A stretch of DNA of 64,000 bases from Felis catus (GCF_018350175.1 NC_058368.1:95978001-96042000), one strand, 5' to 3'; positions 37,500 through 50,948 are shown, numbered from the stretch's first letter. Notes: generated by a model not told the origin, from the letters alone. Numbers and translations: made by a program.

Positions 37500-39620
37500 A
37501 TCACTAGTGACCACTGCTGTCTTCATCACAACAGATCATATGTTAAATGCCGGAGATCAATGACTATTTCCTGATGGCTTGGGAAATACGGTGGGAACTA
37601 ACCCTGGCCTTAAGCAGCAGTGCCTACTTTTAATTTCTGTGAAAAGACGAAATGTGGTATTTCTCTTTAGTTCCCATCCCCGTTTCCAGGCGCCTTTGCC
37701 CTGGGATGATTATGTGCTATTACCCTCTGACCGAGATCTTCCCCAGATGTGGCTTGTATGAGTCACCGGTTAAGGAGCGCCTTCACAGATGGCTGGAAAG
37801 TGCCCAGAGAGCTGGTGTAACGGAAGGTGTTTACTTATCAGCAGCCTCAGTAAATCAGAGACTGCTATTTAACCTCCAGGAAGCCTCATGAGCCAACGAT
37901 GGCAGCAGAATAAAAGCGAAAGGGGTGGTGTTCATCCCACACTTGGCTGTTAGGAGGAAGGCAGACCAGCTGTATCGATCATGCTGAGTCGGAGCAACGC
38001 AACGACCAATGGTACTCTTTCCCACCATGACTTTCACAGTCAAGTTGAGCGCTTCGGCAGTCCCAGAGCGGTTCTGCCTCTAACAGCCGTCACGTATTAA
38101 AATAATTTGAATAGACCTTGCTCTCCTTTATCAGCAAAAATCAGGCGGCATGCCAGGATTCATCTCACGGATAACAATGTAAAGGGGAATCTGAACAGAG
38201 GAGAGCAGAGGTACAGCGCAGGAATGACCTCTGATTCCCTCCTTACTCTAGACACCGACTCTCCAGCCCCCTACGTAGCTCTTTTCTGCTGCTTATGGAG
38301 CTCATCATTATGTCTGGTTGATGTGCTGGCGATTGATTGTTTAACTCCTACATTCTGAGACGTGTTTTCTTTTTTGTACGTGTAGACCAGAAATGCAGAC
38401 ACATTGCCTTGTCTAATTAGACTGTGAGCCTGGACACTTTGACTTCTGAGATGAGGAATACTAATGGGGGAAAAAAGGAAGGAAAAAGCAGCATGAAATT
38501 GCAAAATTTAGCGGAGGGTTCTTCTTGCCCTACCCCAGCGAGAACTCCGCTTCTCTTGGGAAGCACCTGTTCCTGCTGATGGAACAGATGTTTATGAGCA
38601 CATGGCTGAATTGGAGATGGGAGACAGGAGAGGAAGAGAACCAAAAGCTCAACTTCGGTGCAAACCTACCATGTGATTTTAGAACAGAACGTGTGATGGA
38701 ACAGTGGGGAGAAAATGCAAGTATTTGAGGGGAATGAAACTATTCCACTGTTCCACTAAACAGAGCTGAGTGGAGCTCACACATCTGTGCTGTAAACACA
38801 CACACACACACATACACACACACCCTAAGGGACTGTCAGTCACTCTTTGGTGCATTTATCTCTCTATTGACAATCGCAGTCATTGCCGTGACTCAGATTT
38901 CAATACCTAAATAGTAGACGAGAGCAGAAAGAACTGTTTAGCCAAATTGTGCATTTTTGTTCCAAGTTTTCTGGTCCACTTAGAAATTCCCCATGAGAGC
39001 CAGGGATTTGAAACTCCACTGGCGTGAGTGAAGGGCTGTACCTTTCCTTGATCCTGGTTCTGAGCCTGTGGACAGTCATGAACTTTTCATTTTATGTGAT
39101 CTCATGGGTGAAAGAACGGCACACCTGCTTGGCTCATGCTAAACTACATTTTGTAAAGGCCTAAATACATAACAGATGCACCAGAGGATTCCATTCTGGG
39201 AGGAATTTGCTTATAAAATTCAGACAGTTAACACATCCCCCACAGTCCTAATCCTATCGCTATGCCGTAATTACGGTGTAGATTGGGAAAGTTGGCATTG
39301 TGTGTTCCTCATGGAAATGAATCCAATATTTTCCCACATACTTGTTAGATATGCTCAATAAAACATACTGCACATACATTTAAAATATGAGACAGTTTTA
39401 TACATTTTATCGGAAATGTAACGTAGTTAAGCATTTCAAATGACAACAGCAGTGGACAGGTAACATTCTACTTGCAAATCTTTCTAGAACCTATCGGGGT
39501 CACCGGATCTGTCAGATCACTCTTGAAACCAACTTTCTCCAGGAAATTTCCCTCAACTAATTAGGGGGTGACGCTGAAGCCTCCTGACATGGAAATTCCA
39601 CAGACACTCTGTCCTCACAG
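37500..39620. promoter_or_regulatory. Candidate enhancer region (unique sequence with motif cluster)
   Basis: No recognisable TE. AP-1 TGAGTCA 37759 and TGACTCA 38889; FOX TGTTTAC 37828 overlapping GATA CTTATC; kappaB-like sites at 38982, 39542 and 39591. Confidence 0.35.
38796..38823. repeat. (CA)n microsatellite
   Basis: Directly visible. Confidence 0.9.
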
Positions 39621-40114
39621 TCTCTCTGAGTACCTTCGGCTCTACGAAATCAAAATGCTTTATTTATTCCTTCTGTTTTTTCTCAAGCCATTCTGTACCA
39701 TCGCTCTTATTTGAGACAGATTTCATGATGTAAACTTCTTAAACTTCCCTTAGTTGTGTATTCCCATAAAATGTTTACCATATGCAAGTATAAACTCTCC
39801 TGCTAGTATTGGAATTTCGTGAAATTGACTCACTTTTACACTCAGTCCTTTATTTGAAAGGGAAATGTTATATTACTATCATAGATGTGAAATTCATACT
39901 TTTAATAAATAGAAGATTATTACATCCAGGTACGTTAATGAAAACAATATGATGTAATTGAATTCCAGCACACATTATTCACCAGGTAATTTGAAGCCTG
40001 ATTTTTGATTGGCAGAAAGGGAGAGAAGCAGGTTGACCAGAGATGCTCCATACTTAATAGCATCTTACTGAGACTTGCCTCTGATACAAGCACATGAAGT
40101 TAAAAGGAATTAGA

Positions 40115-40315
40115 GAGGTGCCTGGGTGGCTCAGTCAGTCAAGCGTCTCACTCTTGGTTTTGGCTCAGGTCATGATCACATGGTTCGTGAGATCGAGCCC
40201 CACCTCAGACTCTTAGGATTCTCTCTCTTTCTCTCTCTCTGCCTCTCCCCTGCTCATACCATCTCTGTTTTTCTCTCTCTCAAAAAAAATAAAAAATAAA
40301 TAAACCCCCAAAAAA
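40115..40315 (+). mobile_element. CAN-SINE with internal deletion
   Basis: Head intact. The body jumps from gagccccacctcagactc to ggattctctctc. Confidence 0.9.
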
Positions 40316-40479
40316 AGATTCTTCAAAAGAATAAAAAGGTAAAATGAGTAAATTTTTTCATTATTCTTTAGTGAGGTATCAGTAATACCAACAAAAGTCA
40401 CCTTGGGTACCACGGCTGTATGTCTCAAATCTGGGGATACCCTGTCATGTTGTTGGAGAACATTAAAACGATCTATAAA

Positions 40480-40795
40480 GTATGCAATATGATGTAAAGT
40501 GTAGACAGTAATTTTTACACAGTAAAACATAATATAATTCCATATGTAAAGTGGAAAGACCCTCTAATCAATGATGATTAGTGAAATTCATGGTTACCTT
40601 TGTGAGTCAATGCTGAGTACATCTGTGACAAGTTCCTAGGGACTGGCAGCGCTTTATGTCTCAGTGTAGATGATAGCAACACGAGTGTGTTTACTTTGGG
40701 AAAACACACCCACCTGTACACTTCATACATGTGCATGTTTCTGTTGTGTGGCATGCTTCAATTCAATAATATTTAAAACTATATTAATAAAAAGT
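40480..40795 (+). mobile_element. Old L1 (L1ME-like) 3'UTR fragment
   Basis: tggttacctttg...tgtgtttactttgggaaaa...ctgtacacttc...atgcttcaat. Confidence 0.55.
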
Positions 40796-40805
40796 TGGGT
40801 TTGGC

Positions 40806-41003
40806 GGGGCGCCTGGGTGGCTCAGTCGGTTAAGCGTCCAACTTTGTCTCAGGTCATGATCTTGCAGTCCGTGAGTTCGAGCCCCAGGTCGAGCTGACAG
40901 CTCAGAGCCTGGAGCCTGCTTCGGATTCTGTGTCTCCCTCTCTCTCTGCCCCTCCCCCACTCATTCTCTGTCTCTGTCTCAGAAATAAACATTAAAAAAA
41001 TTT
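40806..41003 (+). mobile_element. SINEC_Fc with small internal deletion
   Basis: ggggcgcctgggtggctcagtcggttaagcgtcc head. Confidence 0.95.
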
Positions 41004-41139
41004 TTAAATAATAAATTATGTTAAAAATTAAGAGTGACAAGTACTTAAAACACATCACTTTCTAATTTAAAATAATTAGAATGCTCTTATTAATGCTCTT
41101 GAGATTATTTCCATCTTTTTTCTTTCGATGTTGGAAAAA

Positions 41140-41301
41140 CTGTATAAAGTTACTCTACTGCAACTCTGTGTTCAGTGACATTAGACCTTGAGTTGGCCAC
41201 ATGGTGGGTGCATTTACACCACAAAAATCAGTGCATATTATAAATCAGGGCATCCCTTACCCCTGAAGGGTTAGTTGTTAAACATTTATAGCACAGAACT
41301 G
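41140..41301. mobile_element. MER63-like hAT remnant
   Basis: ggtgggtgcatttacaccacaaaaatcag...tataaatcaggg...agttgttaaacatttatagcacagaactg resembles the MER63 terminus. Confidence 0.6.
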
Positions 41302-41353
41302 CTAAACCCAGTGTTTCAACAATGACATCAGGATCAAAAACATTTGTAATATG

Positions 41354-41484
41354 GGGGCGCCTGGGTGGCTCAGTCGGTTAAGCGTCCAACTTCGGCTCAG
41401 GTTATGATCTCCTGGTTTGTGGGTTTGAGCCCCGCGTCAGGCTCTGTGCTGATAGCTTGGGGCCTGGAGCCTGCTTTGGATTCT

Positions 41485-41529
<45 letters not shown>

Positions 41530-41600
41530 CCTTCCCTGCTCGCACTCCATTTCTCTCTCTTTCAAAAATAAACATTAATTTTTTTTAAAAAAAAGAAACC
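41354..41600 (+). mobile_element. SINEC_Fc with (CT)n
   Basis: TSD aaaaacatttgtaatatg / aaaaatatttggaatatg. Confidence 0.95.
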
Positions 41601-42101
41601 TGTTTTATAAAAAAAATATTTGGAATATGTATAGCTGATAAAGGACCAATATCAAGAATATACAAAATTCCTACAAATCCGTTAGAAAAGACATCCACAC
41701 AAATCGAAAAATAGAAGATTGGAGCTTTACAAAAGGAGATATCTAAGTGATCCAATGACACCAAATGTGTTTTTCCTAATTAGTCATTAGGAAAATATAA
41801 TTGACAATCATAGTGAGATACAAATAAGAATCTATCAGCGTGGATCAGTTAAAAACTGACAAATCCAAACGTTGGTGACAATGTGGAACAATTAGAAACT
41901 TCATACCCTGACAGCTGAAGTATACATTTGTGCAAATATTTTGAAAAATGCCATAGTGGCATTTCACAAAACTGAGCATGTGAATTCTCTGTGTCCTATC
42001 AGATCCCTTCCGAGGTATGTACTCTGCGAGTATGCTTTCCTAGGTTCATCAAAGAATCTTCACAGCAGCCCTTCCCCTAGTAATTCCAAACTGAAAAATG
42101 T

Positions 42102-42291
42102 GGGGCACCTGGGTAGCTCAGTCCATTAAGCATCTGATCTCAATTTCAGCTCAGGTCATGAGCTCACAGTTTGTGAGTTCAAGCCCCATGTTGGACTCTG
42201 CTGATGGTGGGGACCCTGCTTGGGACTTCTTTCTCTCCCTCCCTGCTCCCTCGCTCTCTCTCTCTCTCAAAATAAATAAACTTTAAAAAAA
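42102..42291 (+). mobile_element. CAN-SINE
   Basis: ggggcacctgggtagctcagtc head, A tail. Confidence 0.93.
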
Positions 42292-42740
42292 ACTCGAAGA
42301 ACAAAATAAATGTCTGTCAACAGTAGCTTGGGTAAATAACCGTAATGATATGTAACAATGGAAACTATTGAACTGTCGCTGCATATAAATCATGGATGAA
42401 TCTTATTAAAAAAATTGAGAGAAAGCAAACTGACACACAGTATATTTCCAGTGGGATTACAGAACTGTGGGAAGAGTGATCTAGGGCGTTAGAAGACAGG
42501 GTAAGTGGTTCCCTTTGTGAGAATAGTAACCGGGAAGAGCCACTCAGGAGACTCGTAGGCTCTGGAAAGATTCTTTCTCTTTATCTGAATTCTGGCTACA
42601 GGGTCTATTTTACTTTGTGAAATACTGTTGCCAGCTGAAGGATTTTGTTGTATGGCTGCCTACGTCAACTGGAATATACATTCTTTGTCTGACCCTAGAG
42701 TGGTTTCTTGGTTCTCTATTTAAGAATAAGAAAGGGGGAA

Positions 42741-42985
42741 GGGGCGCCTGGATGGCTCAGTCGGTTAAGCCTCCGACTTCGGCTCACGTCAAGATCTCAT
42801 GGTTCATGAGTTCGAGCCCGGCGTTGGGCCCTGTGCTGACAGCTTGGAGCCTGAAGCCTGCTTTGGCTGTTGTGTCTCCATCTTTCTCTTCCCCTCCCCA
42901 GATCGTGCTCTGTCTCTCTGTGTCTCTCAAAATTAAATACATGTTAAAAAAAAAAAAAAAGAAAGAAAGAAAGAAAGAAAAGAAA
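42741..42985 (+). mobile_element. SINEC_Fc with An(GAAA)n tail
   Basis: ggggcgcctggatggctcagtcgg head. TSD aagaaagg. Confidence 0.95.
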
Positions 42986-43100
42986 GGTATGTAACTGGTA
43001 AGAAATTGTCCATAGTTACCACCAAGGAAATGATATTCCTTAATTTCAGTTCAAGGAACAGACTCCCTGGGTGTGAATTCTTAAAATCTTAAGCTATTTC

Positions 43101-43318
43101 GGGGCTCTTGGGTGGCTCATTCAGTTTACTATCGGACTCTTGATTTTGGCTCAGGTCATGCATGATCCCTGGGTGGTGGGATCAGGCCCCATGTTGGGCC
43201 TCAAGCTGAACATAGAGCCTCCTTATGAATCTCTCTTGCTCTCCCTCCTCCCCTCTCCCCTGCCTGTGCTCACTTACATGCGCTCTGTCTTTCTCTCAAA
43301 AACCAAACAAACAAAAAA
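43101..43318 (+). mobile_element. CAN-SINE
   Basis: ggggctcttgggtggctca head, CT linker. Confidence 0.9.
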
Positions 43319-43971
43319 TCTGTTAAGAATATTTAACAATGCAGGGAAGATAAAATAAATGTTGAAAAAAAATCATTTCTAACACCCAAGCCACTCTGGT
43401 GCTTATTGTTAGACACTTCTTAACTTGTGTTCTATACTTAAGCCTATTTTCAAGTCTTGAGAATTTTAAACATAGATCACATCCAAATTTACATTGTGAT
43501 ATAAAGTATTGTTAACCCCTTAAGAACCAACGTGGGTGTTCTGAATGACATTTCTACTACTTGAACCAACCTTCACAATCAGCTTAAATTTTCAACACAG
43601 TGGTTTAATAGTAATATAAAGAAAATAATTCATAATAAAGTAATGTTTCTTTATTAAAATATGTAGGATTAACTACACTAGTTGACATAACAATGGAGCT
43701 AGGTACTTGCAAACATTTTATAATGAAGAGAGGTTTTATTTAGGAGAAGGAAAATAATAATCAGTGGGCTGTTTTGATTTGTTTTCTTTATACTTGACAT
43801 TTTAATATGAGGACCACATAAGAATATGACTGTCAGCTACAATTACAAACTGATTGATACACGTTACTTAACTTGTTCTGGCAACTCAAATACCATGGAC
43901 AGCAATGTCATGAATTACAAGAGTTTTGAAATGGTCAGTAGCCCTTGGGAAATTTACAAACTAAACAAAAA

Positions 43972-43979
43972 AAATTTTT

Positions 43980-44015
<36 letters not shown>

Positions 44016-44148
44016 TGAGCTTGAATGGGCTCGATTCAAGACCCATTGATGATGAGCAACTCAGGGCTCGATCTCATGACCATAAACTCATGACCTGAGC
44101 TGAAATCCAGAGTCAAACACTTAACCAATCAAGCCACCCAGATGCCCC
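43972..44148 (-). mobile_element. CAN-SINE
   Basis: GA linker, then tcatgacctgagctgaaatccagag...agccacccagatgcccc. Confidence 0.88.
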
Positions 44149-44159
44149 CAACCAAAACA

Positions 44160-44490
44160 AATTCAAATCTTCCCCCTGAGTTACTCAGAAGTTGCATTTC
44201 TGGGAAATTCAACATATATTAAAACTTTAAATATTTCTGCTTAAATACAAAGCAGAGTTAGGCTCAAGTTGTATAAAATTATATAAACAGATTTTTCTTT
44301 GGTATTATCTTGGGAAATTTTCAAGTGACAGAACACACAGGCTATGTCTTTATTGTGTAAGATTGCCTTAATATTGAGAGATGTCTAGATACTATCCAAG
44401 AGTACTCCCCATTAAATGTCAGCAATGACTCTGAAACATGTGACAACTGAAAATACCCACCCGCCCTCAAATTTATAAAACACACCTAGA
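44160..44490. mobile_element. Degraded DNA-transposon remnant (family uncertain)
   Basis: gatgtctagatac...cccattaaatgtcagcaatg...tgtgacaactgaaaatacc resembles old MER20/Tigger-like elements. Confidence 0.35.
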
Positions 44491-45204
44491 GCCATTAGTA
44501 AAAGGGTTCTATAAACAAACAAGTAAACAAACAAAATTGGATAAACATGGATCCTAGAGTTAGAGAGATCTGGTTTTAATTCTTGACCCTATCCCTCATG
44601 CTTGATTTGAGAATGTTAATTCAAGGCCTTAGTTTTCTCTTCAGCAAAAGAGAAGTAATATCGTAGCCTTGGTTTTAGGACTGATGAACATACTATGCAT
44701 AAAATAGATGCTCTTGAAAAGTTATCTTCTTTATCTTTCCATTCCTTGTTTCTTTCTCTTTATTTTCCTCCAGATTACTCGTTCTGGCATCTTTATTTGC
44801 TAAGAGGCTTTTACCAAGAGGGGAAAGCATAAATCAGAAATAGACTCCAATCTACTATAGGGGACTTTGGCAACCATATGGAAAAAATATGAAAAGATAT
44901 AATTAATGATCCTTTCTTTCTTAAAGAGGGATAGTAGATGTCTGGTCCTTGCTATGCCTGCGTATTAACCCTTGAGTTCTTAAAATTTGTAAAATAAACT
45001 GAAACCTTCATCTCTACCAGCTTGAATTTCATACTGTGATTTGATCAAAGACACAGAACATGTAAATATCACCTCTCTACATAACACAAACAGTGTCATT
45101 ACAGCAATTTTTTTTCAAAATGACAATGCCAAGAAAATTCTGAGATAAGTAACCCCCCAATCCCTACAGTAATTATATTCAGCTGTGCTTGGGGGGGGGT
45201 GCAT

Positions 45205-45239
45205 GTGTGTGTGCATATGCGTGTGTGTGTGTGTGTATG

Positions 45240-45281
<42 letters not shown>
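45205..45281. repeat. (TG)n alternating purine-pyrimidine microsatellite
   Basis: Directly visible. Confidence 0.95.
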
Positions 45282-45282
<1 letters not shown>

Positions 45283-46059
45283 TACATTTGCAAAGGGGCC
45301 CTTAAGTCAATTTTCTCTTGTTAGAAATTCGCAGACTTCACTGGGAGCTACACCAGCACTTTCCTCCATTAGTTGATTACAAAATCCTGATTGATTGGTT
45401 AAATATTAAGGGGGATTATTTGTTGGCAAAGCTAGAAATACTTTGTTCATGTTCTTAAATGATAAAACTGTCTTTTGTTCCCTGTAGTTGAGGTAGGTCT
45501 TTGACATGGATGTCTGCACGTATGAGGTAGTTTGAAGGATGTGAGCATAATAAACTTAGAGGTCACCAACCAGCTGCATAACACCAGTTGCCCTAAATAT
45601 CAACAGTGTCTTCATTAGAAATTTTACATTAGTTTTTCCATTATTTTTATTTTTGATTAGATGCTCTCCCAACAAGTAAATTCCTGGAAGAACGATATAA
45701 TAAATATATAAAAAATATACACACACATAATAAATATATTAAGTGCAATACAGCCACATTTAGTAGAAGTTACATTTTTAAGGATTAAAGTATTAGTACA
45801 ATCAAAATAATCCATAGATGTTTTTTATCCTAATGAAGGTAACATATTGAATACTGATGTATCGCTTCTCAGTAATTCAGATGTGCTCAACTTGAAATAA
45901 AATTCAGTCTTGAAAGAAAATCCTAGCATTTTGATTGAGCAGCCTAATTTTTTGCACTTAGGGTTTGTTTTCTCTGTGTGTGTGGGTGTGTGTGTGTAAT
46001 AAACAAATCTTAAAACATTAAAAACATGTTTAATACATAGGAGATGTTCATACAATAAA

Positions 46060-46700
46060 AGATATTACAAACAGGCTCACTGAAGAAACAACAGATTTAT
46101 GGTTTATAGAAATAAGAAGTGTAAAGGCTTTATATAAAAATATATTGTTGAAAGACACAAAATAAATCCTAGATTAAATGAAACTATAGTATTTTAATTG
46201 ATGGAAAAACTCACTGTCTTAAAGATAACATTATTCTAGTCAAAGTTCCAACTGTTGATAGGAAATAAAAAATTTTGTATGAAATTTATATAGAAGTATA
46301 GGGGCACCTGGGTGGCTCAGTCAGTTAAGATTCCGACTTCAGCTCAAGTCATGATCTCACAGCCTGTGGGTTCAGGCCCCGGCTCAGGATCTCTGCTGAC
46401 AGCTCAGAGCCTGGAGCCTGCTTCAGCTTCTTTGTCTTCCTTTCTCTCTGCCCTTCCCCTGCTCACTCTCTGCCTCTCTCTCTCTCCCTCTCTCTGAAAA
46501 ATAAATAAAGGTTAAAAAAAATGAAAACAAAGACATTTATATAGAAGTGTAAATGTCTAAAAATAGCCAAGAATATATTAAAAACAAGGAAGGGGAGTTT
46601 GATTTCCAAATATCAACGCTTTTTATAAAGCTAGGTGATTAAAATTGTGCTATACTAGAACAGAAAAAGTCAAATAGATCAGTGGTACAGAGAATTTACA
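46060..46700 (+). mobile_element. Old L1 ORF2 fragment
   Basis: ttgttgaaagacacaaaataaatcctaga...aaaatagccaagaatata...ttttataaagcta...aaatagatcagtggtacaga. Confidence 0.65.
46301..46525 (+). mobile_element. CAN-SINE (SINEC_Fc type)
   Basis: TSD atttatatagaagt on both sides. Confidence 0.96.
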
Positions 46701-47277
46701 ATGATGCCTGTGACTCATAAAATCACAGAGTAAAACAGTGATGGTTGACAGTTCTTTACTTTCAGAACCTTAAAAATATTGTGCTACATCCTCTGGCCCC
46801 CCTGCTTTCAGATGGGAAATCCAGTGGCACCCAAATCATCAGTCCCCTGGAAGCTGTACAAAGTTCTTAGAATTGCCACAATTGAAATGAATGAACTGGA
46901 TCAATGTCACAGTTTGAATAGTTGTCAAAAACACAGTATTGACATGAAAAGAAAAGCCAGTGGTAGAATAATGGACACATTTTAATAGAATTTATATAAC
47001 CCTTTTAAAATGTTCAAGCTATATTGAACATATTTGTGTGTGTGTGCGTATGTCTCACAGTTATTAAATTGGTCTAGAAGTTTTCATGCACAATTTATTA
47101 CTTGGATGTCTCTTAGAGGATGGGAAAGAATGGAATGGAAGGAGGAAAAAGTCACCTTCTCTATCATGTTCTCTTCTGTAAAATCATGTTTGAAGAAAAT
47201 CTGAGAAACACAACGTTTTATTCTGAGCAGGACACAGGGGTGTTTCTTATCTTTTTTGAAACGTGTCTGTTTTTGAT

Positions 47278-47535
47278 GAACATAGAGGAAGGGAAGGGAA
47301 AATAAAATAAGGTAGAAAGAAAGAGCAAAGCAAACCATGAAAGACTCTTAAACATAGAGAACAAACTGAGGGTTGTTGGAGGGGAGGTGGGTGCGGGGAT
47401 GGGCTAAATGGGTGATGGGCATTGAAGACAGCACTTGTTGGGATGAGCACTGGGTGTTGTATGTAAGTGCTGAATCACTGAATCTCTACTCTTGAAACCA
47501 ATATATGCTAACTAACTTGAATTTTTTTTAAAAAA
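47278..47535 (+). mobile_element. Carnivore L1 3' end, 5'-truncated
   Basis: gactcttaaacatagagaacaaactgagggttg...gggtgatgggcattgaag...ggatgagcactgggtgttgtatgtaagtg. Confidence 0.92.
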
Positions 47536-47554
47536 ATGCACCTATTTTTGTTAT

Positions 47555-47755
47555 TTATATATATTATTTTAAGTATTTATTTTTGGGAGAGCGCAAGTTG
47601 GGGAGGGACAGAGAGAGGGGGACAGAGGATCCCAAATGGGCTCTGTGCTGACAGGCTGACGACAGCTAGCCTGATGTGTGGCTCAAACCCACGAAACCAA
47701 GATCATGACCTGAGCCCAAGATCGACGCTCAACCGACTGAGCCACCCAGGTGCCC
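47555..47755 (-). mobile_element. CAN-SINE
   Basis: Antisense body ending gagccacccaggtgccc. Confidence 0.92.
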
Positions 47756-48849
47756 TTGTTTTTGTTTTTTAATATCTAGAAAGTAAAAGCTGCCGTTTGT
47801 GAGTAACCCTTTTGTAAACTATTGTGCTGGTGGTAATTTTGATTGGCATAGGAAAAACGTTAAGTTTAATATTACTTACAAAACAGGCTATAGAGAACGT
47901 GGTGAGGTTCATTGGACACATTTGGGAAAGTCACAGTGTCAACCATGCAGGAGGACCAATTACAGGTCACTCCATGGGATGAAATAAGGACATTCTGACT
48001 GAGAGCCATAAGTAGGCATAGCTCTCACTGAACTATAATTCTGTCCTGGGTGTGTAGAAGATGTATGCCCTGAATCAAAAGGGGAAATCTTATGATAGTA
48101 AGTCATTTATTCTCTTACCATAAATGACAGAATTGACCTCCAAATCTGTTATTTCTCCACGTAAACTACAGTAGGTGGTATTTTTTAAAAGTTACATTCT
48201 GTAAAGTAGTAAATTATAGGCTTCCTACTACTGGCCATCATAATTTCTCAAAACATAAAACTCTCCTCACTAATGCAATTGGATTTACCCAAAGTAAAGA
48301 GATATATTTAAGGTGTTGAAAAATTTATATAACTGCTTCCATGCCAGAATATAACATTCGCAGATCTGTGTTAAAGTATTGACATTTTGATTTAGGCGTA
48401 TACGAATTTCTCTTTATTAAAGATTTCTAATAAAGGAAAGGAAAAATAAAATAACAGCTTCCTGAAGAAGAAAGTTTTCGTTTTGAGGCTTCTAGCAGTA
48501 GTAAATCTCAACAACTTTTACCTTGTAAATCTGCAGTGCATATGGAATTTCATTTCTCCAGTGTAGAAGGCTTTAATAACCCCCACAGCAATTCTTCAGT
48601 GCTCTGCACACATCCGATATGAAGTTTGCTTTGTCAAATTATCATGGTTCTTGACCTGTCATATGAAGTAAATGCCAGGGACTTCTGATTTCCCAACTAA
48701 GCTTTTGCTTATTTTATCAGGAGGATTAGAGAGAGATGTAGGAGAAAGTAGATTGGGGAAACTTCCCTTATAAGGATACTAAATAAAAATATAAACAAAA
48801 TAGCTTACACTTCTGTACCTCTTAGAGTGAGGAGATGCTGTTTGAAGCC

Positions 48850-49020
48850 CTTGAAAAATATTACTTAATTTTCACAACCATTCTCTGAGATTGTACAAAG
48901 AAAGACCTAGTCACAGAGAAGAGTGTAATCACTTGCCCGAGATCACACAGCGAGGAAACAAGAGGGCTGGGATTTTAACCCAGGCATTCTGACTCCTGAG
49001 TCTATATTCTTGGCTGCTGT
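48850..49020 (-). mobile_element. MIR
   Basis: tcacttgcccgagatcacacagc...gggctgggattttaacccaggcattctgactcc. Confidence 0.8.
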
Positions 49021-49319
49021 ACATTGCTATGCAAAAGCGAACGAACGCAAGGTTGTGAAAAGATGGTGATCAAGAAAAACCAGAAGGATTGGCTGTGTTT
49101 TTCGCATCGTTACTGTTTCAGTTAGTGAAGCTTGAAATCTATTTTAAGACGTTTTTGCTCACCAAAATTGGTGTTTTCTTTTTCTCGTTGCGTGTCTTAG
49201 GACATGTGACCAGAAATCACCCAGGAACGCAGGCTGAAAAGCTTAGATTCATCCTACATTCTTACCACTTCCATACTCCCTTCGTCAGTGGCCAAACCCT
49301 ATTGATGCATACGAATTTC

Positions 49320-49535
49320 AAACAATTTTCAGCTACTGAGCACCTATGGTCGGACACAAACTATGCACATTCCTTTTTCTATGATATATCGAATTCCACG
49401 GATGAAATAGGTATTCTCATCCCTGCCTGAATCCATAAAGTTTCATTAGTTTCTTAAATAACTACTGTAATAAGTCGCTGAGCTGGGATTGCATCTATGT
49501 CCCTATGCAAAGCCCATGTTTTTTGCAACTACAGC
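49320..49535 (-). mobile_element. MIR
   Basis: tactgagcacctatg...taggtattctcatccc...gagctgggatt...aaagcccatgtt. Confidence 0.6.
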
Positions 49536-49559
49536 GGACTATATAAATTCTCAAATATT

Positions 49560-50365
49560 ACTCCAGTGTAATCTAGCTTCCAGTCTCAGTGCCGTACCCC
49601 TATGTCATAATCCCATTATTGTCTCATCTCCACGCCCATAAAATCTTAACAAGTTTTCCCTGTTCTCATTGCTGTGGAAGTTCTCTTACTCTCATCCACT
49701 TAAATCCTGCTGACAAGTTATTACCTAGAGGATAAATTTGATCACGCCACACCTCTGTGAAAAAACCATCCTCATTTTCCACAAGATGCAGTTTCCTACA
49801 TTCATGTTCATGTGGCCTTTCCAAATGTCCACTTATTTGACTAGCTTCTTAGTTACCCAGATTACCCATACCCACCCCCCACCCATCCCCGTATACACAC
49901 TCTCCATGTTCTAGTGGAATTAACCCATGGGCAGGTCTCTGAAATGCATGTCAGAATTTCACGTTTATATATATTCGTTTATTCACTTTGTTACGATTGC
50001 CCTTGGATTTATTTTCCCTTAAACTATAAACTCAAGCATTACTGCTTCATGGTATCTTCCCTCAACTTCCTGTTCCCCTGACCCCAGTCTGAGTTACGTA
50101 TCCCTCTCCTCTGTACGTAGTTTTGTAATGAGACTATGTCATAATTGTTTGTTTTAATCTTTCTAGATATGACGTTCAACATAGGAGCTTTGAGGACAGA
50201 GTTTTAAAGAAAATGACATTATCACATTTTTCAGATTTTAATGCAAGAACAAACAACGGAATTTCTGAATGGGCTTAATGAAATTAGTATATGAGGCAGT
50301 GGGCAGGGTCATACCCTCACAATTCCAATTTAATAGCATGTAGTTAAGCTAATAAATATTTCCTA
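49560..50365 (+). mobile_element. L2 fragment
   Basis: Pyrimidine-rich L2 body ending agcatgtagttaagctaataaatatt. Confidence 0.45.
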
Positions 50366-50901
50366 AGTAAGCCTGCAAATGGACACTGCTTTGAAAGAAG
50401 GGTATGATATCGTTTGTTTCATTTGGAAAATAAACCCTTTTCAAGCAATGAAAAGAGGCATTAGAGGGTTGAGTAGGGAACAGCGTGGGTAAACGGTTTT
50501 TGCTCTGTGTAAGATGTATTAAATGTGGTTCAAGACAGCAAATGTATTTATGTGATACATTAGTCTCGATATCAAACTCGTAAGGTTACTCTGGTAGTCG
50601 TGATGATAGGGAAATTATATTCAGTCATTTACTCAATGGGTATGTACTGAAAGTCCTAGATAGAGAAGAAGAGGGGGGAAGAGCACATTTGTGGGCACAT
50701 TATGAGATGGGACATCCCTGGAGTGCTCTCCAGCAGATGAAGAACAAAGGATTAGGAATACGTAGTAGGCAACAGGAACCAGTGTGAATATGAAGGTCCT
50801 TGTATACTAAGCTTAAAGCATTTGAAATTATCTTACAAGTACTGTAATCCATTGGAGAGTTTTAAACAAGGATTATCAGAAATGGGTTATAACATACTAT
50901 G

Positions 50902-50903
<2 letters not shown>

Positions 50904-50947
<44 letters not shown>
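50904..50947. repeat. (TA)n microsatellite
   Basis: Directly visible. Confidence 0.95.

Positions 50948-50948
<1 letters not shown>

Larger units (their letters stand above)
41330..42640 (+). mobile_element. Old L1 (L1ME/MC-like) fragment interrupted by two SINEs
   Basis: ctgataaaggaccaatatcaagaatata...ttagtcattaggaaaat...gttggtgacaatgtggaacaattagaaac...catggatgaatctt...tactttgtgaaa. Confidence 0.75.
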
